Shown here in pieces: positions 26,225 through 33,299 of a stretch of DNA of 42,551 nucleotides. Every line of letters starts with the position of its first letter. Position 1 is the first letter of the stretch. Under the pieces are notes generated by a model. That model had not been told where the DNA came from. It was given only the letters and a program-made list of their open reading frames with translations, and searched no databases. The stretch is from the IMG/VR virus record IMGVR_UViG_3300029997_000111, positions 1 through 42,551 of that record; one strand, 5' to 3'. A program made the translations under genes and the position numbers. Origin of the DNA: a virus. Its lineage: Duplodnaviria; Caudoviricetes.

Positions 26225-27396
26225 AGCCAACAATGGGAAGTCTCTTTGCTGGCATTGGAGGCTTCGATCTAGGCTTTGAACGCGCTGGTTTCGAGACAAC
26301 CTGGCAGGTAGAGATTGATCCGTGGGCGCGGAAAGTGCTTGCGAAGAACTTCCCGAACGCAGAAAGGTTTGAAGATGTCCGAACAGTTGGAGCGCACAAC
26401 CTCAAGTTCGTCGACGTTATCTGCGGCGGCTTCCCCTGCCAGGACATCAGCAACGCCGGTCTGCGTGCCGGTATTGAGGGAGCACGTTCAGGACTCTGGA
26501 GCGAGTATGCGCGAATCATTCGCGAGCTACAGCCCCGATTCGTCCTCGTGGAGAACGTCGCAGCTTTGCTTGGACGGGGAATGGGCCGAGTTCTCGGAGA
26601 CCTGGCCGAAATCGGGTATGACGCGGAGTGGGAGGTCGTATCCGCTGCCGACGTCGGCGCGCCGCATCTCAGGGAGCGCATCTGGATACTGGCCTACCCC
26701 TGCGGCACAATCGCCGGGCGCGGGACCGAACAATTCAAAGGTGGAGAACCTGTTGACGGGCAGCCGACACAGCTTCTATCTGAGCCATGCGGTGGAAGCG
26801 GAGAGGCGAAAGCCTGGGATCATTACAGGGATGTGGCCCACGCCGGACACAAGGGGATTCTCGAACGAGGGTGGGATAGCGGCACTGGCGCGGAAGACAG
26901 ATTCGATGGACGAGCTAAGGGGGATGTCCTATCGAGCGAACCAGCGCCACAGGGATCGAGCTATGGCGAAGATGCTACCGTCGCCGACGGCGAGCAACAC
27001 GAAGGCGGTTCACCTGCGCACGAATGGGCGACCGCCGCGGAGCTACCTGCCGACGCCAACGGGGACAATGGGCGAGAAAGGCGGGCGAGGCGACTTGCTG
27101 GCGATTGTGCGGACGGGCAAGGTGAGCGGTCGGAAGCACTGGCCGACGCCGGCCGCGCAGGACGCGAAGAACTCGACGCTGCCGCAGTCGCAGTCGCAGT
27201 CGCAGAGGGGTTCGATACCTGGGGCGCTGCTGAGGGAAGGTTGCCCGGTTGGTGGGCAGTTGAACCCAGTGTGGGTCGAGTGGCTAATGGGATACCCAAG
27301 CGGGTGGACAGACTTAGGGGACTCGGCAACGCCGTAGTGCCGCAGATTCCAGAAATGTATGCACAGCGTATCAAGCAACTATTGGAGAATTCATGA
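26221..27396 (+). CDS. DNA (cytosine-5) methyltransferase, alpha polypeptide
   Basis: Motif I FAGIGG, IV GGFPCQD, VI ENV, VIII APHLRERIW and X LGNAVVP. Motif IX is absent from this frame. Confidence 0.9.
   Translation: MKPTMGSLFAGIGGFDLGFERAGFETTWQVEIDPWARKVLAKNFPNAERFEDVRTVGAHNLKFVDVICGGFPCQDISNAGLRAGIEGARSGLWSEYARIIRELQPRFVLVENVAALLGRGMGRVLGDLAEIGYDAEWEVVSAADVGAPHLRERIWILAYPCGTIAGRGTEQFKGGEPVDGQPTQLLSEPCGGSGEAKAWDHYRDVAHAGHKGILERGWDSGTGAEDRFDGRAKGDVLSSEPAPQGSSYGEDATVADGEQHEGGSPAHEWATAAELPADANGDNGRERRARRLAGDCADGQGERSEALADAGRAGREELDAAAVAVAVAEGFDTWGAAEGRLPGWWAVEPSVGRVANGIPKRVDRLRGLGNAVVPQIPEMYAQRIKQLLENS
26375..27337 (+). CDS. Nested +1-frame beta polypeptide of the C5-methyltransferase (TRD-like repeats plus motif IX)
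   Basis: Stop-free 320 codons with an AAAGG SD. WPKSGM..SG segment resembles M.EcoHK31I beta. Ends LNPVWVEWLMGYPSGWTD (motif IX-like). Confidence 0.75.
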   Translation: MSEQLERTTSSSSTLSAAASPARTSATPVCVPVLREHVQDSGASMRESFASYSPDSSSWRTSQLCLDGEWAEFSETWPKSGMTRSGRSYPLPTSARRISGSASGYWPTPAAQSPGAGPNNSKVENLLTGSRHSFYLSHAVEAERRKPGIITGMWPTPDTRGFSNEGGIAALARKTDSMDELRGMSYRANQRHRDRAMAKMLPSPTASNTKAVHLRTNGRPPRSYLPTPTGTMGEKGGRGDLLAIVRTGKVSGRKHWPTPAAQDAKNSTLPQSQSQSQRGSIPGALLREGCPVGGQLNPVWVEWLMGYPSGWTDLGDSATP

Positions 27397-27611
27397 TCAA
27401 CACCAGCATCTACCGCCCAGGCATAGCAAATGAGCTCGCCAAGATCGAGAATCTGCCCAAAGACTCACGGCGCCGGCAGAAGTCACAGCGTTGCACAGTG
27501 GGCAAGCATGACACCTGCAGCGGTAAGCGGCTGGATAAATACATGCGGATTCGGGTTCCGTGTGCTTGCAGTTGCCACGACACGCCCGTAGTAATGGACC
27601 CCACACTCTAG
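27393..27611 (+). CDS. Small Cys-rich hypothetical protein
   Basis: ATGA overlap; C...H..C...CACSCH motif. Confidence 0.55.
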   Translation: MINTSIYRPGIANELAKIENLPKDSRRRQKSQRCTVGKHDTCSGKRLDKYMRIRVPCACSCHDTPVVMDPTL

Positions 27612-27620
27612 GAGGAAGAA

Positions 27621-27827
27621 ATGGAATTTCCCAAAACGTTCGATGAAATGAAGGCAGCAAAGTACACTTTCGACAACGATGCGACCTGCAGAGGTTGCGG
27701 AGATGAAATCGAGTGGTGGATCACACCGACGGGTAAAAAGCTCCCCATGAACCCCATGACGAGCGGTAACTCTCCAGCCATAGCGCACTGGGCGACATGC
27801 GATAACCCGCCAGAAAGGAAGTTATGA
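27621..27827 (+). CDS. Small zinc-binding phage protein
   Basis: CRGCG..I.W..T..GK..P.N...HWATC motif; AGGAGG SD. Confidence 0.7.
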   Translation: MEFPKTFDEMKAAKYTFDNDATCRGCGDEIEWWITPTGKKLPMNPMTSGNSPAIAHWATCDNPPERKL

Positions 27828-28279
27828 ATTTCGATAAAGAGGTCGCTTGGGCAACTGGATTTTTTGAGGGAGAGGGAACGGTCAGTGTAATGAAGCCACG
27901 ACAGCGGAACTGGGGCTCGCTGTGTGTCTCAGTCGTCAACACGGAAAGGCATTTAGTTGAGTTTTTTCAAAGTCGCTGGGGAGGTAGGATCCGCGAAATG
28001 AAGATGTCAGGAAACCGCAAGAGGGCATGGAGGTGGACGCTCTCTTCGCGGCAAGCGGCCAAGTATCTCGCGGACATCCAACCCTACGTATTCGGACAGA
28101 GGATGAAAGATAGGGTTTTCTTGGGGCTTGCTTTCCAGGACAACAAATGGTCCATGAATCGCCATGTTTCGGAAGCGGAGCGCGAGGATTACTGGAAGGC
28201 TAACGTTTGGTATTGGAGGCAGTTCTACCACCTCAATCGCCGCGGTTTGTGCAGCGATGCTCCAAGCTTTCGCAAATAG
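27824..28279 (+). CDS. Free-standing LAGLIDADG homing endonuclease
   Basis: VAWATGFFEGEGTVSV, NT, W.W and L..IQPY motifs. Confidence 0.8.
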   Translation: MNFDKEVAWATGFFEGEGTVSVMKPRQRNWGSLCVSVVNTERHLVEFFQSRWGGRIREMKMSGNRKRAWRWTLSSRQAAKYLADIQPYVFGQRMKDRVFLGLAFQDNKWSMNRHVSEAEREDYWKANVWYWRQFYHLNRRGLCSDAPSFRK

Positions 28280-28310
28280 TCGGGCCACAAATCCACAACG
28301 AGGTAAGGCA

Positions 28311-28547
28311 ATGTTCCTAGCTATCGCACTGGCAGTAAGCGGATTTTGGCATTACAACTCCTTCGCCAACGAACTCCACTACGTCATCCCAACCGGCCAA
28401 ACCTGCGGAGCCATCGGCAAGTCCTCTGGTGGCATGTTCTACGCGGACGTAATGGCCTCTGGTGGTGCCGAGTCCTCCGGTTCGACGGAATTCAACACGA
28501 TCGACGCAGCAGAGCGCCACGTCGAGCAGAAATGTCGTGCACGATGA
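28311..28547 (+). CDS. Small exported/membrane-anchored protein
   Basis: Hydrophobic N-terminus MFLAIALAVSG; GAGGT SD. Confidence 0.5.
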   Translation: MFLAIALAVSGFWHYNSFANELHYVIPTGQTCGAIGKSSGGMFYADVMASGGAESSGSTEFNTIDAAERHVEQKCRAR

Positions 28548-28675
28548 TTGACTTCTTCCGGTTCATCTTCAGCATGGCGCTGGCGTTTGTCATCGTATTC
28601 TGCATCTTTTGGGGAGCATTCTTCCTCATTTTCTGGGGATTTCAGGTGATAAAAGCATTGTGGCAAATCCTGTAA
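28544..28675 (+). CDS. Very hydrophobic 43-aa membrane peptide
   Basis: ATGA overlap; Phe/Ile-rich. Confidence 0.5.
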   Translation: MIDFFRFIFSMALAFVIVFCIFWGAFFLIFWGFQVIKALWQIL

Positions 28676-28774
28676 AAGCGAATTCTCTCTAGATGAACCA
28701 CGGGAGATAACCATTTAGGCCCATGCGGTAAAGTGAATCTAGGCACGCATTCTGCATCAAGAGGACACCCCGCC

Positions 28775-29761
28775 ATGACATCCCAACCCTTATCGCTATT
28801 CATCATCAAGCGCTTTTACGACTACGGCGGCGCCTATCAAGTCTCAAACGGGCTCAAGCGCTCAGCTCAATTCGTGGTAGATATGCTTTTGAGTGAAGGA
28901 CATAGAGCTAAGCTTGAGGAAGCAATCGATGCCAACTGCATTGACCGTTTGGTGAGCGAGAACAAGCCCCGAAAGGTCGTGATCGAGGCGCTGTGGGTGA
29001 CGCCGGCCAAGTTCGCCGAACTGCAAAAGCTTCATCCCAAAGTGGAATGGACCGTACGTGTGCACTCAGAAATTCCCTTTCTGGCGAACGAGGGGATCGC
29101 AGTGGAGTGGATCGTCGCCTACTTCGCCCAGGGCATCAAAGTTGCATTCAACTCCGCGGAGACCGCCAAAGACTTCTACATCCTCGGGCCTGGCATGTAT
29201 CTCCCCAACTTCTACCCACTCCGCAAGCCGCGACCGGCGCAAGACCCATGGATGTATCTGCACGTTGGATGCTTCGGCGCTGTCCGTCCAATGAAGAACC
29301 AACTAATCCAAGCATTCGCCGCAATCACCTTCGCGAAGCAACGGAACCAACTGCTGGTATTCCACATGAACGGCTCACGCATTGAGCAGTCGGGTGAGAA
29401 CAACCTTCGCCAAATCAAGGCTTTATTCGACGCCACGGGACAAGAGCTTGTAATTCATCCATGGCTGGACCATGAAGAATTCCTGGAGCTCGTCTCGGAG
29501 ATGAACATTTGCCTCCAGGTATCCCTCACAGAGAGCTTCAACATCGTCTCCGCAGACGCTGTAAGCATGGGAATCCCTCTGATCGGCTCATCGGCTATCG
29601 ACTGGCTTCCAAAGCGCTCCAAGGCCCGCGCAGACAGCGTATCGAGCATTTGTGCAGCAATGGGACGCGCCGACCACGCTATGGTGCAAATGAACCATGC
29701 CGCGCTCGACACATTCCTCGAAACCTCACTTGAAGCTTGGAACGACTGGATCCGCAAATAA
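28775..29761 (+). CDS. Glycosyltransferase (GT-B, GT4-like)
   Basis: G.FGA.RP.KN..Q and S.TESFNIV.ADAV..GIP.IGS (ExF-x4-D acidic motif). Confidence 0.75.
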   Translation: MTSQPLSLFIIKRFYDYGGAYQVSNGLKRSAQFVVDMLLSEGHRAKLEEAIDANCIDRLVSENKPRKVVIEALWVTPAKFAELQKLHPKVEWTVRVHSEIPFLANEGIAVEWIVAYFAQGIKVAFNSAETAKDFYILGPGMYLPNFYPLRKPRPAQDPWMYLHVGCFGAVRPMKNQLIQAFAAITFAKQRNQLLVFHMNGSRIEQSGENNLRQIKALFDATGQELVIHPWLDHEEFLELVSEMNICLQVSLTESFNIVSADAVSMGIPLIGSSAIDWLPKRSKARADSVSSICAAMGRADHAMVQMNHAALDTFLETSLEAWNDWIRK

Positions 29762-29778
29762 ATTATGAGGTAAAACCG

Positions 29779-30021
29779 ATGCTCGCATTGATTTTGCTAC
29801 TCGCATTAGGACTTCAAGCCAAGCCCACTCCACCAGTGATCGAGGAAACCCAACCACTTGATCCGCTCGACCACATGGCTAACCCAACCTGCCAAAAGTT
29901 CGGCAATTTCTACGAATACGACGGTTACGACGGCCTTGCAGGATATTCCACAGATTCCTGCAACGCTGCATACAAGAACTGGCAAACCGTTGTTGCACCA
30001 AAACCACAGCGTCTCGCGTAA
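29779..30021 (+). CDS. Small signal-peptide-bearing protein
   Basis: GAGGT SD; MLALILLLALGLQA; one Cys pair. Confidence 0.55.
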   Translation: MLALILLLALGLQAKPTPPVIEETQPLDPLDHMANPTCQKFGNFYEYDGYDGLAGYSTDSCNAAYKNWQTVVAPKPQRLA

Positions 30022-30094
30022 AACCATCGTTGTAGAATCTTCATGGGGGGACTAGGGGGGCCTAAAACCTCCAATTCCAAGCCCAGGAGCCACC

Positions 30095-30475
30095 ATGCCG
30101 CAGAATGTTTCCGTTTACGCAATCCCCGCTGCTGGCTCAACGCCGGTGATCATCCGCTGCACGCGCGTCACAAACCGTATGGAGATAACCGAGCAGCCTG
30201 GGTTTCAGGGGTTGATCTACCAGCAGTTGACGCCTAAAGGCTTTGGCGTGAACACTGTAGGTCCTGCGGTGGAAGTGCAGGATAGCCAGCAGCCGATTGT
30301 TTTTGCGGGGGGCAAGGGTGATCATTCGCCTAATGCTGCGCCTATTGGCAATGGCGGAAGCGGATCGCAGCCGGTGGCACCTGGTGGGCCCGAGACGTTG
30401 GGAACGCCTATTTGCCAGTTGACTTCGGCTAGTGCGGTGGCAACGTCGGTGAGCGTGGTTGAATATTACGAATAA
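30095..30475 (+). CDS. Gly/Pro-rich beta-strand protein, possibly structural
   Basis: AGGAG SD; upstream TAGAAT hexamer. Confidence 0.6.
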   Translation: MPQNVSVYAIPAAGSTPVIIRCTRVTNRMEITEQPGFQGLIYQQLTPKGFGVNTVGPAVEVQDSQQPIVFAGGKGDHSPNAAPIGNGGSGSQPVAPGGPETLGTPICQLTSASAVATSVSVVEYYE

Positions 30476-30542
30476 ATGCCGTGTGTGCTATTTACACTTT
30501 CCTCTGGTGGCGTGTACATTACCCACATCGGAGGAAACACAG

Positions 30543-31223
30543 ATGGGCAATGTAACGATTGAAACGATGGTGAGCAGGTGGAGCGGTCTTGAGCGTCCGC
30601 TCTTCAAGGGTAAGTTGATTGATGGCGACGGATGCAAGTGTGCGCAAGGAGATGTTTTGGCCTGTGCCGGCTTTACCGATGACCAGCTCCGCGCGATGAC
30701 GCAGGATAAGGCCGACGCGGAAGTGGCCGCGATCCTGGGCATTAGTCGCACGCACGCGGTTCTTCTGCGCAACGTAAACGATAAGGTTGGCGGTGCGCCT
30801 CAGTTGGTTCTCTCTGACCCAGCGCAGATCGTTGGCGACAAAGCCCCCATCCTTCTGGCTTTTTGGTTGCACCTTGATGGCTTGTCGGCCACAGCCTGGG
30901 CCGCAGCCAGGGCCGCAGCCTGGGACGCAGCCTGGGACGCAGCCAGGGCCACAGCCTGGGCCGCAGCCAGGGCCGCAGCCTGGGACGCAGCCTGGGCCAC
31001 AGCCTGGGACGCAGCCAGGGACGCAGCCTGGGCCGCAGCCAGGGCCGCAGCCAGGGCCGCAGCCTGGGCCACAGCCTGGGACGCAGCCAGGGACGCAGCC
31101 GCATATGCCTCTTCCGAGATTCAGGGTATAGACCTGCTCGAGAAGCAAGGACGCGAGCCCTTCTTCCTCGCGCCATTCGGATTCAAGACGTGGGATGAAG
31201 TTCGTGCGCTGGTCAAAGAATGA
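30543..31223 (+). CDS. Ala/Trp tetrapeptide repeat protein
   Basis: GGAGG SD; upstream TTTACA-18-TACATT promoter; 17 x (A/T)A(W/R)(A/D). Confidence 0.75.
   Translation: MGNVTIETMVSRWSGLERPLFKGKLIDGDGCKCAQGDVLACAGFTDDQLRAMTQDKADAEVAAILGISRTHAVLLRNVNDKVGGAPQLVLSDPAQIVGDKAPILLAFWLHLDGLSATAWAAARAAAWDAAWDAARATAWAAARAAAWDAAWATAWDAARDAAWAAARAAARAAAWATAWDAARDAAAYASSEIQGIDLLEKQGREPFFLAPFGFKTWDEVRALVKE
30891..31094 (+). repeat. 17 tandem 12-nt units RCAGCCWGGGMC
   Basis: Counted directly; only positions 1, 7 and 11 of the unit vary. Confidence 0.95.
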
Positions 31224-31570
31224 GCCAAGTAAACATCCTCTGCAATAAGTGCGACGTGTGCGGTCACTCTTGGATTCCCCAGCCAGGAGTGACCTACTCG
31301 CATTGCACTAGCGGAAAGTGTCGGTCACGCAAATGGAATTCAGGAGCGCCGCAGGGCGGTGCCAGGCCTCCAAAGCCTAGCTTGGTTGGTTCGAGTCCAA
31401 CCGCTCCTGCCAAAGTTTTCCAGCGCGAAGATGGAAGCTATCACACCGACGCAAACGAGTACGCCATCGCAATGAAGAACTTAGCCCGACCGACTCCACA
31501 ACGCCAGGTTTGCAAGGAATGTTCGGCGCTTGGTGGTCTCCACGCACGCGGATGTAAGCTTGCAAAGTAG
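31220..31570 (+). CDS. Cys-rich small protein whose middle overlaps a tRNA
   Basis: ATGA overlap; CDVCGH.W...C....C.S.KWN and CKEC...H..GC motifs flank the tRNA. Confidence 0.55.
   Translation: MSQVNILCNKCDVCGHSWIPQPGVTYSHCTSGKCRSRKWNSGAPQGGARPPKPSLVGSSPTAPAKVFQREDGSYHTDANEYAIAMKNLARPTPQRQVCKECSALGGLHARGCKLAK
31342..31412 (+). tRNA. tRNA-Trp(CCA), 71 nt, shortened D-arm
   Basis: Acceptor AGGAGCG/CGCTCCT plus discriminator G and encoded CCA. T-arm GTTGG-TTCGAGT-CCAAC. Anticodon arm AGGC-CTCCAAA-GCCT, with CCA at 31370-31372. Confidence 0.8.
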
Positions 31571-31581
31571 GGGGGCCAGCC

Positions 31582-31785
31582 ATGAGCATAGGTGGATTTT
31601 GGGGAACGGACAGAGATTTGCGCAAGATGAAGCGGGCTCAGGATTGCGCAGACAAAGGCATTCCAACAGCGTTACTCTTCAATGGCAGAGAATACAACCT
31701 GCCACCGAGAGAGCAAGCAGTGAACGAAGCGCTTCAGCAGATTGAGGCATGTAGTGCAGATTTAGATCCTGATGGAACGAGGTAA
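31582..31785 (+). CDS. Hypothetical protein
   Basis: G-rich SD; operon packing. Confidence 0.45.
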   Translation: MSIGGFWGTDRDLRKMKRAQDCADKGIPTALLFNGREYNLPPREQAVNEALQQIEACSADLDPDGTR

Positions 31786-31791
31786 GGCCGA

Positions 31792-31911
31792 ATGTACACA
31801 TGGGAGCAATACCACGCGCTGATCCGCCAGCACTCTGGACCGATGAACTTTCTAGACATGCTCGCAACCTTTGACGCTTGGTGCGTCTACAAACGCCAGG
31901 TGGGTGCATGA
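31792..31911 (+). CDS. 39-aa micro-protein
   Basis: GAGGT SD; ATGA overlap with the next gene. Confidence 0.45.
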   Translation: MYTWEQYHALIRQHSGPMNFLDMLATFDAWCVYKRQVGA

Positions 31912-32276
31912 ACCGTCGCAACTTCCTCCGCATCTTGGCCGGCACAGCTGCCTCGCCCATCATTGCACCAGCGGTGACGTACTTCCTTCCGCCTGTGGGT
32001 GGGTGGCCAATTCTTGAGACTGCAATAGGGCAACAGCCGCCTTATCGTGGACTCGTTCGCCTAATAAGCAACCCCAGCGGTCCAAGCTGGGTACGGGATC
32101 AATTTCTAGTGCCGGGCCTTCCGCAAGAACTCTGGGGTTTGCAGTATTGGCAGGTGAAGCCGCCCTACATCTCGGACGAGTATCTAGGCATCTCGCGCGC
32201 CCCGCTGCCACTCCAGAAGCGCCTCAACAAGGCGTGCGACCTCATAGAAAAGTACATGGAGCGCTCAAATGGCTGA
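31908..32276 (+). CDS. Protein with a twin-arginine-like N-terminus
   Basis: MNRRNFLRILAGTAASPIIAPA. Confidence 0.55.
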   Translation: MNRRNFLRILAGTAASPIIAPAVTYFLPPVGGWPILETAIGQQPPYRGLVRLISNPSGPSWVRDQFLVPGLPQELWGLQYWQVKPPYISDEYLGISRAPLPLQKRLNKACDLIEKYMERSNG

Positions 32277-32475
32277 CATGATCCAAGTGAACTCCTCCGC
32301 AGTAAGCGCAGTAGGCTACGAGAACGGAACCCTCTACCTGCAGTGGAAGACGGGCAAATTATCCACCCATCCCAACGTGCCTGTGAGCGTGTGGAATGGC
32401 TTGCTGGCGGCTCCGAGCATCGGGCAGTACATTGCTACTCATATCCGCAACAAGTACAAGGCGACCACCGAATGA
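32269..32475 (+). CDS. KTSC domain protein
   Basis: V.SS.VSAVGY....L...W..G......VP..VW.GLL.APSIG.Y....IR..Y motif. Confidence 0.9.
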   Translation: MADMIQVNSSAVSAVGYENGTLYLQWKTGKLSTHPNVPVSVWNGLLAAPSIGQYIATHIRNKYKATTE

Positions 32476-32627
32476 GCATCCAAGAGAACGCGGACTTTAT
32501 CCATGCGATCGCGGCAGTCGTGGGACGCCCGCTGACTGTGGCAGAGTGCTATATCGCCTACGCTCTGCGAGATGGCAAGTACAAGCTTATGAGCGATGTG
32601 CCTCCGCTCCCCACGGTGTCGGCGTGA
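32472..32627 (+). CDS. Small hypothetical protein
   Basis: ATGA/GTGA overlaps with its neighbours. Confidence 0.45.
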   Translation: MSIQENADFIHAIAAVVGRPLTVAECYIAYALRDGKYKLMSDVPPLPTVSA

Positions 32628-32782
32628 AGTGCACATTCAAGGATTGCCCCAATGAAGGTGAGCCTAATAAGGGCTTTGACTTCTATGCGTGTGATTCTTG
32701 TTTGGATGAACTGTCCCAACTTATCGACCAAAAGTACGAAGAGATGCAATATAAGGCCTATGAGCGCGCGCAGAACAATTAG
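32624..32782 (+). CDS. Small zinc-finger-like protein
   Basis: GTG start; CTFKDC...CDSC motif. Confidence 0.45.
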   Translation: MKCTFKDCPNEGEPNKGFDFYACDSCLDELSQLIDQKYEEMQYKAYERAQNN

Positions 32783-32805
32783 CCCACTGTTGTAATCTTG
32801 AGAGT

Positions 32806-33183
32806 ATGTGGACCTGGCCCTGGTGCTCGAGAGCGTTGCTGCAAGCCGCAGAGGACCGTGCGCTCAAGGCTGAAGCGCAACTAATCCTCACCGAATCCCG
32901 GCTATCGGACTGGATAGAAGCCAGCCGAACCCGCTCCAACATCGAAGAGAATGAGCGCAATAGCCTCCGAGCTGACAACAAGCTCTTGCTTGACCGCATC
33001 GTGCAGCTATCGGGGCAGCCGCCCATATTCAATCCTCTACCAACGCCGACCGTGGCCGCACAGCCTCAAGTGGTGAGCAATCTACCCGCTCCCGAAACTC
33101 GCGCCAGCATCTCCGACGTCCACCGCGCCGCCCGTGAAGCCATCAAGAAGGGCGAACTCCACATCCTGAGCGAAAAGCAATGA
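32806..33183 (+). CDS. Coiled-coil protein upstream of the portal
   Basis: TG-TAATCT hexamer 7 nt before ATG (leaderless-like); coiled-coil composition. Confidence 0.55.
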   Translation: MWTWPWCSRALLQAAEDRALKAEAQLILTESRLSDWIEASRTRSNIEENERNSLRADNKLLLDRIVQLSGQPPIFNPLPTPTVAAQPQVVSNLPAPETRASISDVHRAAREAIKKGELHILSEKQ

Positions 33184-33185
33184 GG

Positions 33186-33299
33186 ATGGCTTACTGCCTG
33201 TTCTGCTATCGCGTCTTTGGTAATGTCGCTCGAAACATCAGCTGCACCCTTTCCTGCATGGCCTGCAAGTCCGAAAATCACTTTTGGGGGCATGACTAA
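33186..33299 (+). CDS. 37-aa zinc-ribbon-like micro-protein coupled to the portal gene
   Basis: MAYCLFCYRVFGNVARNISCTLSCMACKSENHFWGHD; TAATG overlap with the portal start. Confidence 0.5.
   Translation: MAYCLFCYRVFGNVARNISCTLSCMACKSENHFWGHD

Noticed and set aside
26700-27250. Sequencing frameshift or pseudogene in the C5-methyltransferase
   Set aside because: Both frames stay open throughout, motif X returns in the first frame, and the arrangement matches the M.EcoHK31I alpha/beta precedent.
27824-28279. Group I intron or intein around the LAGLIDADG gene (same check for the GIY-YIG gene)
   Set aside because: Genes are closely packed against intact neighbours, leaving no room for ribozyme core elements. 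No split host gene or intein termini are visible.
30891-31094. CRISPR array or DGR variable region
   Set aside because: Units are contiguous with no spacers and lie in-frame in a CDS. No cas or reverse transcriptase gene is present. Each variable site has only two states, and one adenine per unit is invariant.
30519-31176. Alternative-frame and antisense ORFs with PGC/QPGP/RPW repeats
   Set aside because: By-products of a stop-free 12-nt repeat. Only the 30543 frame has a promoter, an SD and non-repeat flanking domains.
31342-31412. attP/attR remnant of a host tRNA
   Set aside because: The 5' acceptor strand is present and fully pairs with the 3' strand, phage genes continue on both sides, and no integrase is nearby. 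Not fully excluded.
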